Shown: positions 50,560 through 63,290, numbered from the whole stretch's first letter. The stretch: DNA of 63,492 nt, filler included, from Octopus bimaculoides (GCF_001194135.2; 8 parts of 8 records of this genome joined end to end with filler, not necessarily neighbours in it), one strand, 5' to 3'. Numbers and translations are program-made. The notes: a model not told the origin generated them from the letters alone.

Positions 50560-51184
50560 TCATGTATTTGGCACCGATGAGAAGCGAAGAACTTTCGGTC
50601 GGGTTTGGCAATTTAGAGAAACGACATCACTGGTTCCAAAGGAAACGGTCAGCGTTACCAAGAACATTGTTTCTCAATAGGCGTGACAAGGTCGCCTCTA
50701 ACAGACAAGCACAAACACAGGAGTAGCCTCCATTTTTGTTTTCTCAACTCCCGTCTTCCGAATCAACCAATCAGAAACGAAAACAACTGTTCAAGGGCAG
50801 AGCACTCTTGACAGACCATCAGTACTCTTACAAACCACGTGATGCCCTTTATGCCGAGAAACCCCAACCCCCTTTTTCGTTTAATTTTCTTTTTATTAGT
50901 CATTTAATGAGAGCGCGTGGCCTATTGGTTTCTATGTTGCACTAACAAACGCGAGACTATGGATTTGATTCACAGACCAGGCAGTCCGTTGGATTTTTTA
51001 GCATCTCTCGTTGTTCTGCGATCACTTTGACGTTTGATGTTTGACATACACCGTGCACCTGTACAGGCAGTTTCGATTTCATAGAGAAGTGGAGCAATCA
51101 TTTGTACCGGTTGTTCAGCAAGAAATTGCAAAACTGTCTTTCTCGGACTCGAGAGATTGCCATTAAATCAAATTAGCTCTTTAG
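50560..51184. promoter_or_regulatory. Candidate bidirectional, TATA-less promoter between TRF2 (-) and the + strand gene
   Basis: CpG-rich, repeat-free island with oppositely oriented CCAAT boxes (CCAAT 50767-50771; ATTGG 50924-50928) and a + strand donor TTAG|GTATGT at 51184. Function is inferred from position. Confidence 0.45.
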
Positions 51185-51293
51185 GTATGTCGATCCTTTC
51201 GTTCTTCCCTACAAATATTCCTAAGGGATGAAGAGAACAAGAAGTTGCGACGACATTCAATCACGAAATTTCTGAGATTCTATCTTCCGTAAA

Positions 51294-51340
<47 letters not shown>

Positions 51341-51563
51341 CCTTCGAGCAGATAGTCAGCAGCGCCGCCTGGCTAAGGCTTGGCTACTCTGCATTGACAA
51401 GGGGCAACACCCTGAAACTAGTCTAGTCTGCAGATGCCAAGCCAGCAGGGGGACACTGCTGACCTCCCCTGTTCGAAGGCTATAAAGGACACAGGTTTCG
51501 TGTGTCACATAGCTAGCTAGAGGCGATGGCTTCTTGGAGCTAATTCACGGCAGCTTTCGTCCT
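51341..51563 (-). repeat. Unclassified structured element, copy D (most diverged; 5' end lost in a gap)
   Basis: Minus strand TTAGCTCCAAGAAGCCATCGCCTCTAGCTAGCTATGTGACACAC..GTGTCC..GTTTCAGGGT aligns with copies A-C. 51341-51479 forms a long rod. Confidence 0.7.
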
Positions 51564-53245
51564 NNNNNNNNNNNNNNNNNNNNNNNNNNNNNNNNNNNNN
51601 NNNNNNNTTAATTAATTAANNNNNNNNNNNNNNNNNNNNNNNNNNNNNNNNNNNNNNNNNNNNTATATATATATATATATATACAAAAAATAATTATAGC
51701 AGTTTTTCTGTGTCTTAAGATTTTAACGACACATGTTCTTTGTGATATAGGACCGTGGTCACTTACAAGCCTTGTCATGGAATTTAAAAAGAGATGGATT
51801 GGTGGGGGGGGTATATATAATTAATGCTCCGAAGAGATATGTTGAAAGCCACACTGAAGACGTCTGAAGGATCCTGGATGAGTATTTGCTGAACAAAAAT
51901 ATATTTGCCGCCAGTTTTGGTGATAACTTAGTGTGATTTCGGATAGAATCCCCTGTTGAATTAGTCTTTGTATACGGAATTTTTTTCAAGTCGGTTGGTG
52001 AACTTTTAGTTTCTGGTAGTCATTTATTCCTTAACTTGTTTCAGTCACTGGACTGCATCAATATTAGGGCACCTCTTTGAAGAATTTACCCCACACGAAT
52101 TGCCCCCAGAACTTATATTTTAAAAACCTGGTACTTATTCGCTTTGACGAACACTATGCAACTGGAACGTAAACAAACCAACACTGATTGCTAAGCAGTG
52201 GATATATAAACAAAGACAGGCACGCGTGGGCGCACAAACACACATGTAAACGATGGGATTCCGTGCAATCTCCGTTTACCAAATTCACTCATAAGGTATT
52301 GGTCAGCTTGGTGCTATAGAAGAAGATACTTTGCCAAAGAGCTGTGGTGCAGCTGGATCGAACTGGAAACCGCTTGATAACGAAGTAAACTTCTTCAACA
52401 TAGAGCTTTGTTTACAATTTGTTGCTTTCATGTGATCGCAATCTGACCAAAAGATGAATGTAATATTGTGAACAAGAAAAGACATTTCCTATTTTAGGAT
52501 TCTATAAATATCTTTTGGGTTCCATACTTTTATATTTAAACATTTATGATGAATATTTGAACATTTCCGCAGATTAATAATTATGTAATTATTCCAGCTT
52601 TTTCGTAAATCTATTTTATATTTAGTGAGAAACAAACATTTGGTGAAGACGCGGGGCCTTCTGGTTGGGGAGTTGCACTTACAATCTTTCGCTCGCGGTT
52701 TCGACTCCGGAACCAGGCGATTCTTGAGCAAAATACTTCATTTCCACTCAGCTGTAATAAGTAACCCTTCAACAGGCTGTTGTCCTGTCCAGGGAGTGGT
52801 TTGGGGATTTCGGTCTCATATACGCCATGGAAATTGCTATGAGTCGCAGGACCGGAGACAGAAATGTCCAGAAGTTGTTGATGATGATAGGTGGTAAGAG
52901 GCTTGCTTCCCAACCATATGGACGGAAACTGAAAGAAGTCCGTCGTACACACANNNNNNNNNNNNNNNNNNNNNNNNNNNNNNNNNNNNNNNNNNNNNNN
53001 NNNNNNNNNNNNNNNNNNNNNNNNNNNNNNNNNNNNNNNNNNNNNNNNNNNNNNNNNNNNNNNNNNNNNNNNNNNNNNNNNNNNNNNNNNNNNNNNNNNN
53101 NNNNNNNNNNNNNNNNNNNNNNNNNNNNNNNNNNNNNNNNNNNNNNNNNNNNNNNNNNNNNNNNNNNNNNNNNNNNNNNNNNNNNNNNNNNNNNNNNNNN
53201 NNNNNNNNNNNNNNNNNNNNNNNNNNNNATATATATATATATACA

Positions 53246-53407
53246 CGACGGGCTTCTTTTAGTTTCCGTCTACCATATCCACTCACAAGGCTTTGGTCGG
53301 CCCGAGGCTATGTTAGAAGACACTTGCCTAAGGTGCCATGCAGTGGGACTGAACCCGGAACCATGTGGTTGGTAAGCAAGCTACTTACCAATCAGCCACT
53401 CCTGCGT
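53246..53407 (-). mobile_element. SINE family A 5' half
   Basis: Reverse complement of the family A head and central block. Confidence 0.88.
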
Positions 53408-53620
53408 CTATATATATAATATATATATGGTGGTGGCTGGGGAAGCTGTGGTGTTCATGGCTTTCTGTAAATGCCTAAGTTAAGTAATATACTTCGAAGC
53501 GAATGCAGAAGCTTCATGAAATATCCAGCTGACACGTTGTAAATATTCTCCATACCTTGTGCGAATATATTAATAAATATTTGAAATATTTTATTTTTCA
53601 TATAGACTGATAAGCGCAAA

Positions 53621-53675
53621 ATGGAACTAACAGTTATCTCTCTGCTACTCACCTTCGGAATATGGAAAGTTTATG
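53621..53675 (+). CDS. Putative secreted protein, signal-peptide exon (MELTVISLLLTFGIWKVY-G)
   Basis: Acceptor TTATTTTTCATATAG| at 53605, AAAATGG start context, hydrophobic core, perfect donor ATG|GTAAGT, phase 1 as is typical of signal-peptide exons. No homolog recognised. Confidence 0.5.
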
Positions 53676-53980
53676 GTAAGTTGATTTCACTTAACACTTT
53701 GTCATAAAAGAACATGAAATAGTTATTTATGAACTGAACGAATAAATATTTTGATGCTATTTTCTTTGTTGTTAGGGCAGTATTGTTGTTCTTATGAATA
53801 GCTGCGTTGATAATGAAAATATATATATATATATATATATTTGCTGTTTTAGAGCAGAAGACTTAATATTTGATTTGTAACTTTTGTGAATTATTAGTTA
53901 TTATTGGAAGAAATCGATCCGCAGACGACGTACAACTTTCAAATCCCGCCATAGTGGGCTTTGATTTTCTATCCTTCCAG

Positions 53981-54013
53981 GATCGGTAAAATACAAACAA
54001 GGCTTACAGAGAG
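53981..54013 (+). CDS. Putative second coding exon (33 nt, phase 1-1; G-SVKYKQGLQR)
   Basis: Strong acceptor TTGATTTTCTATCCTTCCAG| and donor GAG|GTAAGA. Open and in phase with 53621-53675. Confidence 0.45.
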
Positions 54014-54669
54014 GTAAGAACCTTTATTTAGATTTAATCCACTGCAGTCGTCTCCTTTGGATTTATGTCCGTATACCAGCTGCAATAAATCTTCTAATGA
54101 ATCCACACGAATTCTCGACAAAGTACGTAAACCATTGTATTCGAAAGTACTTTGTAAAGAGCTTGATATAATCAACGGACAATTAAACTGCAATCTCGTT
54201 GTTTGTTTAATTAGTTATAATGAGCTATTATTGGTGTAGATGTTGTTTAGCCCCCGGACATCCTCGATCAAGTGTGTCTATGAGCAAAAGGATTCCCGTC
54301 TTGATCTTGAAGGGAAGGTTTTTGCATGTCAAAGAGGACAATATTATCCAATGCATCCTTTAAAAAAACAATAAATGGGTGAGTGTGAATAGCGTCAGTA
54401 TGTGTGTGTCTCAGCGCGCGTGTTCGTGTGTGCGTGTATGTATATGTGCTTGAGTGTGTGTGAATTTGGCTGCTATTTTTGCGGGAAAAGCGCCCACATT
54501 GACACTCCTTCATTGGTTTGTTGCTTAATCACTGAGAGACAGACGGATATGTCATGTTCGACGCGGATGATGTCGGGAAAACACAGGACTTTTAAAGAAA
54601 CTCCCCCATCCTCACATATAAAGGATTTATGTCGTAATTACATGAGATAATCTCCCAGATGCCTTATCT

Positions 54670-54870
54670 TTTACTTCTTTCACTCATTAGACTGCGGCCT
54701 TGCTGGAGCACTGCCTTGAAGAATTTTAGTCAAAGGAATCGACCCCAGGATTTATATATATTTTGAAGTCTGGTACCTGTTCTATCGGTCTTTTGTCGAA
54801 CCTAGTGGTTCAGGGAACGTAAATACACCAATACCGGTTGCCAGTCAGTGGTGGAGGACAAACGCAGCCA
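54670..54870 (-). mobile_element. SINE family A 3' part
   Basis: GACTGCGGCCTTGCTGGAGCACTGCC...TCGACCCCAGG...GTAAATACACCA. Confidence 0.75.
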
Positions 54871-55565
54871 CAAAGACATACGCACACAGAAACATACACA
54901 CACACACAGACAGACGAGGACAGACACACAACACGCAAGCGCACCCGCACACACACACGAACATACACACGCACTCACACACACATATACACACACAAAT
55001 ACACACATATACACACACATATATATACACACAAGCACGCACATTCACACAGACATACAAACAGAGAGACACACGCACACACACTCACACAAACAAGCGG
55101 AAGGACATACACACCCACGCACGCGCGCACACTCACGTACATATACACACACACACACACTACGCACACACACACACAACTTGCTTTCTTTTGGCTTCCG
55201 TTCTCCAGGCTGGCAGGTAAATACTTTATCCAAGACAGAGCAAAATTTCCTGCAGCGACCAGACAAACCAGTTTAATTATCACAGGCTGTTAATTTTTAA
55301 TAAACTCTTGTCTTCTAATTAGCTGATGTTTGCAGGAGACTACCACAAAAAGAACGTCTGTTAAACTGATAAACACTACTAACTCTTACTACCTTATATA
55401 TANNNNNNNNNNNNNNNNNNNNNNNNNNNNNNNNNNNNNNNNNNNNTTAATTAATTAANNNNNNNNNNNNNNNNNNNNNNNNNNNNNNNNNNNNNNNNNN
55501 NNATAATGGGCTTCATATATTTATACCCCAGTGTCACTTTGATGGCGTGCACTGCTCTCTCACTC

Positions 55566-55600
<35 letters not shown>

Positions 55601-55853
55601 TAATAATAACAATAATAATAATACTGCTGGGGCGGGGACAGCTTCACTTCTTACAGATCAATTAACAGAATGGTGAGGTTCTGTAAAACATCGTAAATAC
55701 TTGAGTCATTACAGTCTACTGGAGATAGAGATAAGAAGAAGTGGGTGGATGCCGCCGTCGAAGCGATATCTCCTTGTCACTTTGTTAGTAATCAGTTCTG
55801 TTTAGAAGACGAAAAAAATCTGAATAATTCATACTGTTGGCATTGTTGTTGTT

Positions 55854-55902
<49 letters not shown>

Positions 55903-56232
55903 TATTGAGAGTGCTGCGTTATTTTGTTGGGTCTTTTTTTCTTTTATCTTGTGTCCTTTATTTTGTTACGATGTTGCAGATGCTGCTGTTGTTAGTGTCC
56001 TAGATGTTCAGGTGTAAATTCCAATCAATAATCGATAACCAATCAATATAGCCTCCAGATAAACAAACTACGGCTGAGCAGCATCACTCCACTACAATAA
56101 CACCAAGAACAACAGCAACAACTACAACAGCAACGACATCAACTGCAACAACAACAACAGCAACAGTAACACTGATGACGATGATGACGACAGCAATGTA
56201 ATCACACAATCAAATTGTTTTTAGGTCAATGG

Positions 56233-56234
56233 GC

Positions 56235-56299
<65 letters not shown>

Positions 56300-56321
56300 T
56301 GCAGCAGCAGCAGCAGCGGTG

Positions 56322-56390
<69 letters not shown>

Positions 56391-56400
56391 ATGGTGGTGG
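56233..56400. repeat. (GTA)n/(GCA)n/(GTG)n compound microsatellite
   Basis: Direct reading. Confidence 0.95.
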
Positions 56401-56672
56401 TAGGGTTTGCTAATAGGCTGATATTTATGTCTACCTCATCATCAGTTTTATAGGCCTTTTAATGTCCCTTTGTTTGAAAATGTTCCTTTGTGCTGGGGTT
56501 ATATTAATGTAACTCTTTATCGAGGGGCATCTCATAGAGGTTGCCACAGCTACTGTTTTCTCTTCCACACCCGCCACCACTACCGCCATTTCTTTCTCTC
56601 ACTTTCTATCACACACACACTTCTTTTCCCTTTCACCTTTTCTCCTCTCTTTCTCTCTCTCTCCCTCCCTCC

Positions 56673-56775
<103 letters not shown>

Positions 56776-57111
56776 TATATATGTATATATATATGTATAT
56801 ATGTATATGTATATATTATATACAGATAGATATATTATATATATAGATATATATACATATATATATACATATATATATGGATATAAACGTATGTATATAT
56901 ATATATATAATTGTAGGTATGCATGGATGGATGGATGAATACACACATACGTACATATATGTATGTGTGCATCTATGTATGTGAATGTGTGTATTGTGTG
57001 TGCGCGCACGTTTCTGTGTGTGAGGGAGGGATAGAGGTTTGGAGTGTGTATGAGTATGTGTGTTTGTGTGTGTGAGTGTGTGTACGTGTCTGTGTGTATG
57101 TGTGCGTGTGA

Positions 57112-57152
<41 letters not shown>

Positions 57153-58470
57153 AATAAACATAGAGATACATATATACATGCATACATAAATACCTACAGC
57201 GATGCGTACATTCTTAAGTATATGCATGCATACATACATGTATTCAAACATACATACATTCATACATGCACACACATACATACACACACACATGCATACA
57301 CATATACACACACATACTTGCATACATACATACATACATACATACACACACACACATACACACACATACATACATGCAAACAGACATACATACATACATA
57401 TGATGTCAATATTTTCATGTGGAGCATTCAAAAAAGTTTATGTGGTACCCAGGCAAGAATCTACCCATCATTCTGTCTTCATGCACGTAACAACCCCATA
57501 CCGGATGTGCATTTGAGTGTGCATGAGCACGGGTATATATATGTGTGTGCGCGTGTATGAGTGTGTGTGTGTGTGTATGAATGTGTTTGTGTTCATATGT
57601 ATGTTTGTGTGAATGTTTGTGCGTATGTATATAGTTAGATTGAAATGGCTATTGAACCACATCCACACACACACCCTACACTCTCACACACGCACAGACA
57701 GATATATGTATGTATGTATATATATATATATATATATATNNNNNNNNNNNNNNNNNNNNNNNNNNNNNNNNNNNNNNNNNNNNNNNNNNNNNNNNNNNNN
57801 NNNNNNNNNNNNNNNNNNNNNNNNNNNNNNNNNNNNNNNNNNNNNNNNNNNNNNNNNNNNNNNNNNNNNNNNNNNNNNNNNNNNNNNNNNNNNNNNNNNN
57901 NNNNNNNNNNNNNNNNNNNNNNNNNNNNNNNNNNNNNNNNNNNNNNNNNNNNNNNNNNNNNNNNNNNNNNNNNNNNNNNNNNNNNNNNNTATATATATAG
58001 ATATAGATATAGATATATATAAACATATATGGCACTCTATGTGCTTTCCAATATATTTGTAGACTTATAAGAAATCAATATACGAAGAGCGCCAGGTGTT
58101 CGCTTTTAGTTTTTGTCTTATCTTTTTATTACAATTCCTATTTCAGTTTCTTTTTTTTTTTTCCTTTCTTACACATTTTATTTAATGCGTAAAAAAACAT
58201 TTGAGCTAGTCCAAATCTTTATTAAATTAACTGCATAATATATGGATCGAAAAATCTGGAAAACTGTCTATGAATATCAGCGTCTTGGTACAATGTCTCC
58301 GATCTGAGTTGACATCAAATAAGTAAGCAAATGGGAAATTTATCAAATATCAGTCATCCGCTATGCTCACATACATTCAGCCATTGAAAAATCTATACTA
58401 GATTAGCTTATATACCAACAGCTTAGAAGAGGTAAAAGCGGAAACGTAAGTATCAAGAACGATAATCCCT

Positions 58471-58557
<87 letters not shown>

Positions 58558-58614
58558 TGTAGAAAAGTAATCGAAAGTCCTTGGTATAGTATTTTATATC
58601 TGAAAACAATGAAT

Positions 58615-58720
58615 AGAAATGGCTTTTCTGATAATTTTTCCACTTTAATAATTAGCTGTTTATAAGTTCTTCGGTGTCATCTAATTATTAAATGGAAAAA
58701 TTATCAGAAAAGCCATTTCT
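58615..58720. repeat. Near-perfect 40-bp inverted repeat with a 25-nt loop
   Basis: AGAAATGGCTTTTCTGATAATTTTTCCA-C-TTTAATAATTAG / CTAATTATTAAA-TGGAAAAATTATCAGAAAAGCCATTTCT. Confidence 0.93.
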
Positions 58721-59682
58721 TTTCAATTTTTCATATACATATATATATAAAGGTATGATCCAAGGATCAAGGTGTAGGAGGTAAGTAAGCTTCAAGCAAT
58801 CTATAGAAAATATAAAAAATAACTTTCAAGAACGATATTATTGGTGCAGAAGGTGTGAATTTTTCCTGTATCGAAATACGATAATCTGAAAAAAATTATT
58901 TTATAATTTACCGTTGGCAACCAGGGCTGCCGGGTGTACGAATAAATATCCAAAAATTAAGGAAAGGTGTAGATAAAATCCGGGCTACATATTTCATAGC
59001 GAGTAGAATCTCGAAAGAGTATTTATCCAAGCGAGGTGTATACCGCAGACTACTCTTCGGGTCAAGGGTGTCTTGATTATATGAAGTTTACATTGCCGTT
59101 AAGAGACCCATTTTAACACACATGTTCTACTTCTAGAGATGAAGGTGCCCTTCGGAGGGAGACAAGTCACTGAAAGGTTGCGAATGGCGACGAAAGAAAC
59201 AACATTGATTGTTTGACCAACAAGTTAAACATACGATTGATTAGTTAGTTGGATAGATTTAACCAGTTGACTTATAATAAAGTAATGGAATTGTACTGGT
59301 GCGTGTGTTATTGATATTGGCGTGATGACTCTCCCAAGAAACAATTAAATTTGCTTCAACACACGATTTCACATAAAGAATTTTGCAAACCAAATACAAA
59401 ACCGGCTAGTTTGTACTGGTATAGAATCGTATCAGTTGTAATAACGAAGTCAAACCAAATCGTACTATTTTGAAATCGTTTAATATGCACGTTTCAAGTT
59501 TGTGCAATATATTACGCAAAACTGTTAGATACATATTAAAATATTTCAAAATATCACTGTTTGGTTTGACTTCATTATTATAACTATATTTTAAGTAGTT
59601 TTAAATCCTTTCACGTCTGCAATATACCATTCTCACTGGTAAGAGTAAAGTTTCTATACAAGATAGAGAAATTCGAAAGGTT

Positions 59683-59750
59683 GCTTTTGTCCAATGGTAG
59701 AAAGCCTGTCATATCCACAGCAGGTGTGGGTTCGAGTCGCATCGGCGGAC
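59683..59750 (+). pseudogene. tRNA-like sequence (tRNA pseudogene or isolated SINE head)
   Basis: A-box-like TCCAATGGTAG, B-box GGTTCGAGTC, CCTG/CAGG stem and a downstream TTTT. The acceptor stem pairs poorly and no anticodon is assignable. Confidence 0.4.
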
Positions 59751-61721
59751 GTCGAATTTTCCTATCCAGAAAGGGTTTACAAACCCAGTATTTACATGTT
59801 ATTATTTACTGATTTATGCGTACTTCAAGATCCAGTTCTAAAACAATAAATTATTTCACGTTCTCTCGAAGGTTTACAAATTCTTATGATGTCAGCAATA
59901 TATATACCTCTGTGTGTGTATATATATATAATTATATATGTACACAAATACTCACACACACACACACATAAATATATATGCGTATAGATATGTGCATATA
60001 TGTGCATACATATATTTATTAATAATTATATATGTACACAAATACTCACACACACACACACATAAATATATATGCGTATAGATATGTNNNNNNNNNNATA
60101 TATATATATATATATATATACAGAGTGATAACTATTCATATGTAAATAATTATATATACATATGTATGTAAATGTGTATACGTGTATGCATGTATGTGTG
60201 TGTGATGTATGTACGTGTGAATGTATGTGCGTATGCACGTATGTACGCATGAATGTATATGTATGCACGTATGTATAATTCTATTTAAAACGAATATTCG
60301 CATAAAATGATTACTTCCCATCTCAGGCAAATGCAGCTAAGAATATTCCTAATAAAATATGCATCGGTTTCTTTTCCCTCTAATATTAAGCAGTAAAGAA
60401 CGTTATTTATTTCAAACGTTTCAATATTTAATTCAATGCACACATTATTATATTGCGATTGGGTTCGCAATGTCAAAACGGCATACACAACGACCTCAAT
60501 ACGAAAGTTTTAAATATTCACTACTACGTATACTTTTAAGTTGTTTTGATGATGGAACGAATGAAAATGTGATTTTTACTTCATTGAAAAGAAAAAAAAC
60601 TCATCAAATTTAAACGTAAATTATATATTCTTTTAGGAGTTTTGGTTATTGCACATCCGCCACATTGGGGTATCACATTTATGTATTTTATTATTGTTGT
60701 TTGTTTTTTAACCAATTATATCTTCACCCGTTTCTCATTTTATCGGGCCATATCTATCGCATGGCAAAGATAGAATTTTGTGATGCCAGTAAATGTTTAT
60801 ACGTACACACCTGCTCACATATAGCAGTCTATACATAAGTACCATTCCAGAGAGTGGTACTTATGTATGGACCACATAAGTACTACTTTGGCGGAATTGT
60901 GAAAGCTCTTGGGTGGAGTGATGTGTCGTATCTATTGTGGCTTTGTGGGGTCTTACGGAAGTTTCTCTGACGACACTGTTGACATGTTTTATTGGCTTTG
61001 CCATTTCCTTAGACAAAATTGGTGGTGGCGCGGTAAGTGATTTACATGTAATAGTAGTATAAAGGCATGCGCTATAATAACACGTAGCTACATCCACCAT
61101 TTGTTCCTGATTCCCTACTCTTGGCGGATGATGCCTTTGTGCCACTCAGGTGACAATCCTCAGGCCCATGAGTCTGTTCGGATAGTCGTTGTCGGTGTGG
61201 GTTTTACGAGATCGAAGTCCAAATCATATATCAAACTCTTTTAGTCGTCTTTTGCGATACACAGTGGAAACGTTGTGTTATTTCTTTGACGTGCCTGTCC
61301 TAACACACTACTAGAGCAACGTAAAATGAAGTGTTTTGCTCAAGAACACAACACGCCGCGCGGCCCAAGGAATTGAACCCACGATCTGGCGATCATGAAT
61401 GCAACACCCTAACCACTAGGCCACTCGCCTTCGCGAAAGTGATTTGCATGCATAGACAATGATGAATGTAAAAGTACTTTACTCAGAATTGCATTTTGGT
61501 GACCAACTTTCCAGATAGTCATACACCGGTTATTTCTAAAAAACGACGAAAGTTACTGATTGACATTGAGTTGTGAATTTAACCGCCATTCACGTTTCGT
61601 GTTCTGTGACCTTTCAGGATCCTGAAAGTTAGCAAAGAGCAAAATAATTCAAGTTGCTTCAAATGTACTGGATATATAAACAAAGTCTACACCATGTACT
61701 ATATTACTTACTAACTGATTG

Positions 61722-61800
<79 letters not shown>

Positions 61801-62041
61801 TACATACATACATACATACATACATACACACACGCATATATAAATATATATATATGTAAACATACATATATATATACATATGTATGTATATACATGTATA
61901 TATATATATGTATATGTATGTATGTAATATGAATAATGTATATATATATGGGAGAATGTACGAAAAAAAAAACAACAGACGAGGACAAGTGGTGTAAACA
62001 ACAAAAGGATATATTAGTATGACGCTCGGGAATACGGAAAG

Positions 62042-62078
62042 TCTTGAACGTTTCGAGCTACGCTCTTCAACAGAAAGA
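62042..62078 (-). ncRNA. Minimal hammerhead-like motif with a deviant core (Penelope-associated)
   Basis: Minus strand: TCTTT-CTGTTGA-A-GAGC(GTA)GCTC-GAAAC-GT-T-CAAGA. Stem II is 4 bp, stem III is the palindromic AACGTT, stem I is 4/5 paired, and A6 is replaced by U. Confidence 0.5.
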
Positions 62079-62229
62079 ATACGGAGAAAACAAGGAGAAA
62101 AACACGGAGAAAAAATTGAATGTTTTGGTCAGCGATCTATCATAGCTTCTGCTGACCGGAAGTTAGAAAGTTTACACAGGAGAGCTAAGAAAAGGGGGAG
62201 ATAACAAAAGGGGGAGAAAGAACGGTGAT

Positions 62230-62570
62230 CGAAGAACGAGGGGCTGTGTGTGTGAGAGAGAGGAAGGGAGAAGAGAGTGAGAGAGAGTAAGAGAGTAAGA
62301 GTGAGAGAGTAAGAGGGTAAGAGTGAGAGAGGGGAGAGTAAGAGAGAAGAGAGTGAGAGAGAGTAAGAGGGTAAGAGAGTAAGAAAGAGAGAGGAGAGAA
62401 AAAGTAGGGGTGAAGAGAAGTGGGAGTGAAGAGAAGTAGGAGTGAAGAGAAGTAGGAGTGAAGAGAGGTAGGAGTGAAGAGAAGTAGGAGTGAAGAGAGG
62501 TGAAGAGACGTACAGAGAAGTAGGAGTCGGAGCAAGAGGGGGTGGGTGGGAGGAAAGGGGAGAGATGGGT
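62230..62570. repeat. GA-rich array including ~16-bp tandem units (GAAGAGAAGTAGGAGT)
   Basis: Direct reading; probably the pyrimidine-rich 3' tail of the minus-strand Penelope copy. Confidence 0.8.
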
Positions 62571-62935
62571 GNNNNNNNNNNNNNNNNNNNNNNNNNNNNN
62601 NNNNNNNNNNNNNNNNNNNNNNNNNNNNNNNNNNNNNNNNNNNNNNNNNNNNNNNNNNNNNNNNNNNNNNNNNNNNNNNNNNNNNNNNNNNNNNNNNNNN
62701 NNNNNNNNNNNNNNNNNNNNNNNNNNNNNNNNNNNNNNNNNNNNNNNNNNNNNNNNNNNNNNNNNNNNNNNNNNNNNNNNNNNNNNNNNNNNNNNNNNNN
62801 NNNNNNNNNNNNNNNNNNNNNNNNNNNNNNNNNNNNNNNNNNNNNNNNNNNNNNNNNNNNNNNNNNNNNNNNNNNNNNNNNNNNNNNNNNNNNNNNNNNN
62901 NNNNNNNNNNNNNNNNNNNNNNNNNNNNNNNNNNN

Positions 62936-63290
62936 GGTCGGCCAGGCGGCGCCCCGTTTGTCCGATGTACAGAGAATGGCAGAGAGAGCAGGAGATACAA
63001 TAGATAATGTTAGCGGAAGTGCAGGTGAAGGAGTCGGTGATGCGATAGGGTCGGTGATGGGTGCTGGTGAGGAGGGTGGTGTTGGAGAGGTAAGGGCAAG
63101 TGCGGCAGCGTGGGCGGGAGCAAGGGAACGAGCCAGGTTGGGAGGTTGGGTTGGGGAAGAAGCTGTGGACCAAGAGGTTTCGTAGGTTATGGGCTCGTTT
63201 TAAGGAGGGGAGGGGTCGATTAGGGAAGATGTGGGAGGTGGAGGGGTCGGACTGAAGGCACCGGAAAGCTCGGAGAATGGAGGGTGGGTT
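62936..63290 (-). mobile_element. Penelope-like element, linker zinc-knuckle and GIY-YIG endonuclease fragment
   Basis: ..RAHNLRNLLVHSFFPNPTSQPGSFPCSRPRCRTCPYL..ITDSFTCTSANIIYCISCSLCHSLYIGQTGRRLAD matches the PLE CxxxxCxxC linker and the VIY..C..C...YIG.T.R endonuclease motif. It runs into a gap. Confidence 0.9.

Noticed and set aside
60850-61160. GC-richer segment with protein-looking frames on both strands
   Set aside because: Each frame is interrupted by stops and no family is recognised; only the donor at 61032 is kept as a candidate.
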